From positions 10,592 through 74,591 of the forward strand of contig JAKLFF010000004.1 in the NCBI GenBank assembly GCA_022711335.1: a stretch of DNA of 64,000 nucleotides, written 5' to 3'. Below, in pieces: positions 57,895 to 64,000 of the stretch. Position numbers and translations under genes: made by a program. Every line of letters begins with the position of its first letter. Within the stretch, counting starts at the first letter, position 1. The notes beneath the pieces were generated by a model. That model was not told the DNA's origin and did not search any database. It saw only the letters and a program-made list of their open reading frames with translations. This stretch comes from Patescibacteria group bacterium. Its GTDB lineage: Bacteria > Patescibacteriota > Minisyncoccia > Moranbacterales > UBA2206.

Positions 57895-58047
57895 CTGAGA
57901 TATTAAAAAAGTCCGGTTTGTTTCCGGGCTTTTTTTATTTTTATAAAGTTTCTTCATATTCAATTTTTAATTTAAAATTTTTAATTTTTAATCAATTTCG
58001 AATTTATTAATGTCTAAATTTTAAATTAAAACTTAAAATTGAAAATT
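57895..58047. repeat. AT-rich hairpin-forming short-unit repeat (AATTTTTAA / AAATTTTAAA units)
   Basis: Intergenic between convergent genes. Confidence 0.45.
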
Positions 58048-60267
58048 TTAAATTTTTTTGAGTGGCGCTATGTTAGCCGATAATTTTTTCAGTCCGACTT
58101 TCGAAAAAGCTATTGTTATTACATCACCCTGCGTTGCCACTATCATTCCATCGCCGAAAACCGTATGCCTTACTCGATCACCATCCTTAAATTTAATATT
58201 TTGTATTTCAAAATTATTTTCCTTTTTAAAATTGGAAATTTTATCATTAAAATTTGATTGTAAACTGGTAATTGGTAATTGGTAATTCCGCACAAGGTGC
58301 GACGGTATATCATCCAGAAAACGGGACGGTGGATTGATTTGGGTCGACCCAAAAATATTTCTTTCTGATGTAAAGAGCAGATATACTTTTTCCTTGGCCC
58401 TGGTTATACCGACATACATAAGCCTTCTCTCTTCTTCCATTTCACTGTGATCAAGCATGCTCCTGGAATGAGGCAGAATCCCTTCTTCAAGCCCGGCAAT
58501 GAAAACCACCCGAAACTCAAGCCCTTTGGCGCTGTGGAGCGTCATAAGATGCACAGATTCGATGTTTTGATCGATATTATCCGTGTCGGATACTAAAGCC
58601 ACTTCTTCTAAAAACAAATTTAATCCCTCTTCTCCTTCATAATCTTCGTATTTTTTAGCGACGGTCAGCAATTCACGGACATTTTCTTGGCGCATCTCGC
58701 CCTCTTCAGTTCCATCCAGCAGATATTTTTCATAACCGGATTCAACGAAAACTTTTTGGATAAAGTCAGTGATTAGCAGTTTCTTTTTCAATTCTGCCAT
58801 TCGCACTATAAATTCTGAGAATTTAGATATGGCATCCAATTTTGCATCTCGTATTTTATATTTGGTATTTTTTATTTGGTCATTTAGAATTGGAGTTTTT
58901 TTGGAAATTGGTAATTGGAAATTGGAAATTGCGAGACCGGTTTCAATCAAGTCTTTGTTGTTCTTCCTGGCAAGTTGAGTCCACTTACCTAGCGTAATAT
59001 CACCTATTCCTCGTTTCGGCTCGTTTATTATCCTTTCTAAGCTGACTTCATCGCTAAAATTATTAATCAATCTTAAATACGCAACCACGTCCTTTACCTC
59101 TTTTCTCTGATAAAATTTTATCCCGCCAATGATACGGTAGGGAATAGAATTTCTTAGCATCACTTCCTCAATAATTCTAGATTGCGCGTTGGTTCTGTAG
59201 AGAATAACAAAATCGCCATAGGCATGCTTAGTTTTTTTCATCTTTTGAATTTCCTCTGCAATAAATTCAGCTTCATTTTTTTCATTATCAGCTTCATAGG
59301 AAACCAACAGATGCCCGCCTGAATTTTCAGTCCATATTTTTTTGTCTTTGCGGTTTACGTTTTTTGAAATAACTCCATAGGCCGCATCCAAAATGTTCTG
59401 CGTGGAACGATAATTTTGCTCAAGTTTTATCACCTTTGCTTTAGGATAGTCCTTTTCAAAATCCAAGATATTTTGAATGTTAGCTCCCCGCCAAGAATAA
59501 ATCCCCTGCCAATCATCCCCCACGACACAGATATTTCCATGCTTTTGGCTCAATAGTTTTATAAGCAGATACTGAGCATGATTGGTATCTTGATATTCGT
59601 CCACCATGATGTAGCGAAAAATATTCTGATATTTTTTCAGAACTTCTGGAAATCGTTGAAAGACCTTGGCTGTGTACATCAAAATGTCATCAAAATCCAG
59701 CGCGTTTTGCTCTTTTAGCTTTTTCTGATAATTTGTATAAATTTTAGAAACCACTTCCTCGAAATATCCGCCAATGCCTTTTTTAAATTCCTCGGCATCA
59801 ATCAATTCATTTTTGGCCTTGGATATAGCGCCTAGAATCGCTTTCGGCCGAAATTGCTCCACATCGATTTGCATCTCCTTCATTGTCCTTTTCATGAGAG
59901 CCAATTGATCCTGATCGTCAAAAATATTAAAACTGGTTTTGAATCCAATTTTATCAATCTCCCGGCGTAAAATTTTCACACAGATTGAATGGAATGTTCC
60001 CATAACAGGGAAGTTGGCATCTCCTCCATTGCTTTCAAGCAAACTTTTTATCCTCTCTTTCATCTCCTGCGCCGCCTTATTGGTAAAAGTCACCGCTAAA
60101 ATATTTCCCGGCCTCACTCTTTTTTCGCAGATGAGATAGGCTACCCGGTGCGTCAGCGCCCTGGTTTTCCCCGATCCCGCCCCAGCAATAATCAAAACCG
60201 GCCCTTCGGTCGTAGTCACAGCTTCTTTTTGACTATTATTAAGCTTTTCTAAAATGTTGTCTTTCAT
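58048..60267 (-). CDS. pcrA: ATP-dependent DNA helicase PcrA/UvrD with two in-frame repeat insertions
   Basis: [18 protein letters not shown]...; insertions [22 protein letters not shown]... (58190..58285) and [18 protein letters not shown]... (58860..58935) are encoded by AATTGGTAATTGG-type tandem units. Confidence 0.85.
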   Translation of the reverse strand: MKDNILEKLNNSQKEAVTTTEGPVLIIAGAGSGKTRALTHRVAYLICEKRVRPGNILAVTFTNKAAQEMKERIKSLLESNGGDANFPVMGTFHSICVKILRREIDKIGFKTSFNIFDDQDQLALMKRTMKEMQIDVEQFRPKAILGAISKAKNELIDAEEFKKGIGGYFEEVVSKIYTNYQKKLKEQNALDFDDILMYTAKVFQRFPEVLKKYQNIFRYIMVDEYQDTNHAQYLLIKLLSQKHGNICVVGDDWQGIYSWRGANIQNILDFEKDYPKAKVIKLEQNYRSTQNILDAAYGVISKNVNRKDKKIWTENSGGHLLVSYEADNEKNEAEFIAEEIQKMKKTKHAYGDFVILYRTNAQSRIIEEVMLRNSIPYRIIGGIKFYQRKEVKDVVAYLRLINNFSDEVSLERIINEPKRGIGDITLGKWTQLARKNNKDLIETGLAISNFQLPISKKTPILNDQIKNTKYKIRDAKLDAISKFSEFIVRMAELKKKLLITDFIQKVFVESGYEKYLLDGTEEGEMRQENVRELLTVAKKYEDYEGEEGLNLFLEEVALVSDTDNIDQNIESVHLMTLHSAKGLEFRVVFIAGLEEGILPHSRSMLDHSEMEEERRLMYVGITRAKEKVYLLFTSERNIFGSTQINPPSRFLDDIPSHLVRNYQLPITSLQSNFNDKISNFKKENNFEIQNIKFKDGDRVRHTVFGDGMIVATQGDVITIAFSKVGLKKLSANIAPLKKI

Positions 60268-60394
60268 AGCTAAATTATTTTATCACATTAGACTGACTGG
60301 ACAAAACTTTTTTATTGTTATACTGTTTACACATAATAATTCATTAGCAAACATTGGTTGCGGCAGCGCCCAACGAATGTTTCGCCCCAAAACT

Positions 60395-60664
60395 ATGGCA
60401 CTCAACGCCAAACAAAAAGCCAGAGTAACTAAAGAAGTAAAAAGGCATGAAAAAGACTCCGGATCACCAGAATATCAAATTGCGCTTTTTACCGAAAGAA
60501 TCAAAAAATTGACCGCGCATCTAAAGAAAAATACAAAGGATTTTCACTCTAGACGCGGGCTTCTTAAGATGGTATCCAAACGGAAAAAATTGATGGACTA
60601 TCTCAAAAAAACAAATGAAAAAGCCTACAAAGCTTTAGTTAAAAAATTAGGATTAAAAGGATAA
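60395..60664 (+). CDS. rpsO: 30S ribosomal protein S15
   Basis: [44 protein letters not shown]...; the track ORF start at 60254 lies upstream. Confidence 0.85.
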   Translation: MALNAKQKARVTKEVKRHEKDSGSPEYQIALFTERIKKLTAHLKKNTKDFHSRRGLLKMVSKRKKLMDYLKKTNEKAYKALVKKLGLKG

Positions 60665-60671
60665 CTCAACA

Positions 60672-60750
60672 TGTCATTCCTGCGGAAGTAGGAATCTAGT
60701 GCAAAAATTAGATTCAATGACTAGATCCCGAGTCAAGCTCGGGATGAAAA
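60672..60750 (+). promoter_or_regulatory. Two-hairpin RNA motif occluding the downstream RBS; copy 2, with compensatory base changes
   Basis: ATTCCTGC-GGAA-GTAGGAAT at 60676..60695 and ATCCCGAG-TCAAG-CTCGGGAT at 60725..60745; the GGGA lies 14 nt before the ATG at 60758. Confidence 0.5.
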
Positions 60751-60757
60751 ATATAAT

Positions 60758-61255
60758 ATGTCTATATACAAAGAACAACGCGTAGGAGTTTTGGTTGACA
60801 TTCAAAATCTCTATTATTCCGCCAAAGTCATCTACAAAAAGAAAGTTAATTTTGGACAGATTCTCCGCGCTGCAACCGGAGACCGGAAGCTCATCCGAGC
60901 CATTGCTTACGGAATAAAAACCTTGGAAGGACAGGAAAAAAATTTTTTTGAAGCTTTAGAAAAGCTTGGTTTTGAAGTAAAAACCAAGGATCTTCAGATT
61001 TTTCCCGGAGGCGCCAAGAAGGGCGACTGGGACGTAGGAATTGCTGTTGATGCCATCAAAATGTCCAAAAGCCTTGATGCTATCGTTCTCGTATCCGGAG
61101 ACGGCGATTATATTCCTCTTGTAAAATATATCCAATCAACCACCGGATGCCGCGTGGAAGGGATAGCTTTCCAGGAATCTACCAGCAACAAGCTTATTGA
61201 AGAACTAGATAGCTTCACTAATCTTAGCGAGAATAAGAAGAAATTTTTGATATAA
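60758..61255 (+). CDS. NYN-domain (LabA/DUF88-like) protein
   Basis: ...VLVDIQNLYYS..., ...LVSGDGDYIPLV... Confidence 0.65.
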   Translation: MSIYKEQRVGVLVDIQNLYYSAKVIYKKKVNFGQILRAATGDRKLIRAIAYGIKTLEGQEKNFFEALEKLGFEVKTKDLQIFPGGAKKGDWDVGIAVDAIKMSKSLDAIVLVSGDGDYIPLVKYIQSTTGCRVEGIAFQESTSNKLIEELDSFTNLSENKKKFLI

Positions 61256-61439
61256 GTTGAAGCGACCCCAGCACCAATTCAAAAAAGAATTTATTATACT
61301 TTTAGTTTGGTGAATATTGTCGCCTTCGGCTTAAGTTTAACAAATATAAAAAGTCTTTCGAGCAAATTGGTGCGGGGTTCTCAATTTTGTATCCACTCGC
61401 TATCGCTCGCAGACAAAATTGGAAAAGGAGGTGTTAATT

Positions 61440-61892
61440 ATGGATCCTAATTACATAGGAAGTGCAGGCTCAGATGCAGCAGCAGCCGGTTTTTTGGCTT
61501 TCTTTGCCGGATTTTTCATGATTATTTTGGTTGTTCTTCTTGCTGTCTATATTTTCATGGCAGTTTGCCTTATGAAAATTGCCAAGAAAACCAACACTCC
61601 TAATGGCTGGTTTGCCTGGATTCCGATTCTAAATGTTGTTCTGATGCTTCAAATTGCCAAAAAGCCAGTTTGGTGGATAATTCTACTTTTTATTCCGGTT
61701 GTAAATATGATTTGGATTGTGCTCCAGATTTTGGTTTGGATGGCCATATCTAGAGAATGCGGAAAAGAGGAATGGCTGGGAATATTAATTATAATTCCCG
61801 TAGCCAATATTATTGTTCCAGCTTATCTAGCTTTTTCCAAGAATAGTACAACTCCCATTCAGTCGGTTCCTCCTGTTCAACCAGTAGTTTAG
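61440..61892 (+). CDS. Hypothetical small polytopic membrane protein
   Basis: AGGAGG RBS 8 nt before the ATG; the track ORF starts at an upstream TTG (61419). Confidence 0.45.
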   Translation: MDPNYIGSAGSDAAAAGFLAFFAGFFMIILVVLLAVYIFMAVCLMKIAKKTNTPNGWFAWIPILNVVLMLQIAKKPVWWIILLFIPVVNMIWIVLQILVWMAISRECGKEEWLGILIIIPVANIIVPAYLAFSKNSTTPIQSVPPVQPVV

Positions 61893-62029
61893 AAAATGAT
61901 TTAGACATAAAAACAAAGATGCCTGAAAAGGGCATTTTTGTTTGACAAAACATCGAAAATAGGCTAGAATCCAACTGCTTTAAAAGCTACTAAAAAAACT
62001 TAAAAAGCCTTTGTTAATGCGTTAATTAA

Positions 62030-62160
62030 ACTCAAAACGCAAAACTCAAAACGCAATCCGCCGACTGGCGGATAAAGCTAAAAACTTAAAACTTTTAGTT
62101 TTAAGCTGTAGCTTTAAACTTTGAGCTTTGAACTTTGAGCTTATTATATATACGTCATTA
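62030..62160. repeat. Inverted short-unit repeats (AAACTCAAAACGC ... AAGCTGTAGCTTTAAACTTTGAGC)
   Basis: In the 5' leader region of pnp. Confidence 0.45.
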
Positions 62161-62182
62161 GCGCAAGGCTAGTACGCAAATC

Positions 62183-64000
62183 ATGCAAAGTAAAAAATGG
62201 TCTCTCCAGATCGGAGGGCGAATTCTGGAAGTCGAAACAGGGCTTCTGGCAGGCCAAGCCAACGGAGCCGTAACTGTCCGTTATGGCGACACGGTGGTTT
62301 TGGCCACAGCCGTTATGAGCAAATCCGCTTCAAAAATCAGCGGCTATTTTCCGTTGATGGTGGACTTTGAAGAGCGCTATTATGCCGCCGGAAAAATCAA
62401 AGGATCGCGCTTTATTAAGCGTGAAGGCCGTCCGTCTGATGATGCCATCCTCTCCGGTCGCGCTGTTGATCGGACTATCCGCCCTTTATTTAACCACCGG
62501 ATGCGAAATGATGTCCAAGTTGTTTTAACTGTCCTGTCTTATGATGGAGAAAATGATCCGGATATTATTTCAATTATCGCCGCTTCAGCCGCCCTTTCTA
62601 TTTCCAACATTCCCTGGGGAGGCCCTGTAGCCGCTGTAAGAATCGGACGGGTTAATAACGAGCTTATTCTAAACCCAGTAAACGGCGAGGTTTCTGAAGG
62701 CGATCTTGATCTTCTGATTTCTGGAACGAAGGATAAAATAAATATGATTGAATGCGGATCAAAGGAGGTTCCAGAAACCGATATGATCCAGGCTTTGGCC
62801 TTTGGGCAGGAAGCTATTAAGAAAATTGCCGCTTTTTTAGAAGAAATCCAAAAAGAAATAGGCAAAGAGAAATCGCAGCCAGCGCTTGTTCAAGGCTCAG
62901 ATGAATTTGAAGCCAAAGTAAAAGAAATCCTTCTTTCTGAAGGACTAGCTGAAGCTCTTTATGATAAAAACAAAAAAGTTATTGAAGAAAAAACCAAAGC
63001 TATCCAGGAAAAAGTGGAAGACTTTATAAAAAATGCTTATCCTGAAGAAACTGATAAATTAAAAGAAATCGCGGAAATTGTTTTTGAAGAAGTTTCAGAT
63101 GAAATAGTCCATCAAAATGTTTTGGAAAAAGAGCAAAGGCCAGATGGAAGGAAATTGGATGAAATCAGACACATTGAATGCAAAGTGGGCATTTTGCCGA
63201 GAACTCATGGAACCGGGCTTTTTACCCGCGGAGAAACACAAGCGCTGACTGTTACAACGCTTGGTTCTCCCGGCGACCAGCAGATCATAGACACAATGGA
63301 AGTGGATATGAAAAAAAGATATATTCATCACTATAATTTTCCTCCTTTTTCAGTCGGAGAAACAAGGCCGATGCGCGGTCCTGGAAGACGAGAAATCGGG
63401 CATGGAGCGCTCGCAGAAAAAGCGCTTGTTCCGGTGCTTCCAGAAAAAGAAGACTTTCCATACACGATTCTTCTTGTGTCAGAAGTGCTGTCTTCCAATG
63501 GATCTTCTTCCATGGCTTCCACTTGCGGATCAACACTGTCGCTTATGGATGCAGGAGTGCCTATAAAGAAGCCGGTCAGCGGCATTGCCATGGGAATAAT
63601 CGTCGGAAAAGATAAAAAATTTAAAATTTTGACCGATATCCAGGGACTCGAAGATCATTATGGAGACATGGATTTCAAAGTAGCCGGAACAGATTCTGGA
63701 ATTACCGCCATGCAAATGGATGTAAAGGTCGATGGAGTAACTCTCGACATGTTAAAAGCAGTTCTGCAGCAATCCCACCAGAATAGACTGGAAATATTGG
63801 AAAAAATTACTGCTGCCATTGCCTCTCCGAGAACAGAAATGTCTCAATATGCTCCAAGAATTATCATCATGAAGATAAATCCCGATAAAATCAGAAATGT
63901 TATTGGAACCGGCGGCAAGATAATCAATGAAATTATTGATGAAACCGGAGTTCAAATCGACATAGAAGACGATGGATCTATTTTCATCACTTCCCCAGAC
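62183..64000 (+). CDS. pnp: Polynucleotide phosphorylase, N-terminal about 605 codons (3' end outside window)
   Basis: RNase PH domains, KH (...IRNVIGTGGKIINEI...); the open frame runs to the window edge, so it is absent from the ORF track. Confidence 0.85.
   Translation, partial: MQSKKWSLQIGGRILEVETGLLAGQANGAVTVRYGDTVVLATAVMSKSASKISGYFPLMVDFEERYYAAGKIKGSRFIKREGRPSDDAILSGRAVDRTIRPLFNHRMRNDVQVVLTVLSYDGENDPDIISIIAASAALSISNIPWGGPVAAVRIGRVNNELILNPVNGEVSEGDLDLLISGTKDKINMIECGSKEVPETDMIQALAFGQEAIKKIAAFLEEIQKEIGKEKSQPALVQGSDEFEAKVKEILLSEGLAEALYDKNKKVIEEKTKAIQEKVEDFIKNAYPEETDKLKEIAEIVFEEVSDEIVHQNVLEKEQRPDGRKLDEIRHIECKVGILPRTHGTGLFTRGETQALTVTTLGSPGDQQIIDTMEVDMKKRYIHHYNFPPFSVGETRPMRGPGRREIGHGALAEKALVPVLPEKEDFPYTILLVSEVLSSNGSSSMASTCGSTLSLMDAGVPIKKPVSGIAMGIIVGKDKKFKILTDIQGLEDHYGDMDFKVAGTDSGITAMQMDVKVDGVTLDMLKAVLQQSHQNRLEILEKITAAIASPRTEMSQYAPRIIIMKINPDKIRNVIGTGGKIINEIIDETGVQIDIEDDGSIFITSPD

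Overview
This 64-kb window looks like a chromosomal segment from a low-GC (about 35%), compact, CPR/Patescibacteria-like bacterium. That assignment is an inference from gene content: TrbC/VirB2-like pilin paralogs, an orphan sugar-binding lipoprotein, very reduced metabolism, and many K/E-rich extensions on housekeeping proteins.

Most genes are housekeeping: gpmI (partial), clpP-tig, an H+-PPase, nusA, infB-rbfA, nrnA, nfo, a family-4 UDG, rplS, rluD-like, folD, rarA, cca, idi, gyrA, rpsA, gmk, tilS-ftsH, xerC/D-like, pcrA, rpsO and pnp (3' end outside the window). There are about 18 tRNA genes, and most of them do not encode their 3' CCA.

The main things worth a second look are:
- A duplicated two-gene module: a TrmB-family HTH regulator divergent from an orphan REC-domain protein with an unknown C-terminal domain.
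- A tandem array of four TrbC/VirB2-type pilin-like genes.
- A roughly 570-nt GC-rich (about 60%) noncoding transcript candidate with its own consensus promoter and intrinsic terminator.
- A perfect palindrome, TGTTCCACGTGGAACA, inserted at least seven times in-frame in an O-antigen-ligase-like gene.
- A two-hairpin RNA motif with compensatory substitutions that sequesters the ribosome-binding sites of two unrelated genes.
- Two small GIY-YIG (URI-domain) genes, each sitting between a complete tRNA gene and a duplicated 5' fragment of that tRNA.
- An in-frame TAG in a FabK/NMO-like gene, after which the conserved reading frame continues for 72 codons.
- A truncated REP-associated tyrosine transposase with two REPIN-like copies flanking one of the TrmB genes.
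- Several short hairpin-forming repeat families, GC-rich and AT-rich, found both between genes and inserted in-frame in cca, pcrA and nfo.

I could run no searches, so every product name is a motif-level call from the translated sequences. Coordinates of the RNA genes and repeats are hand-counted and may be off by 1-2 nt.
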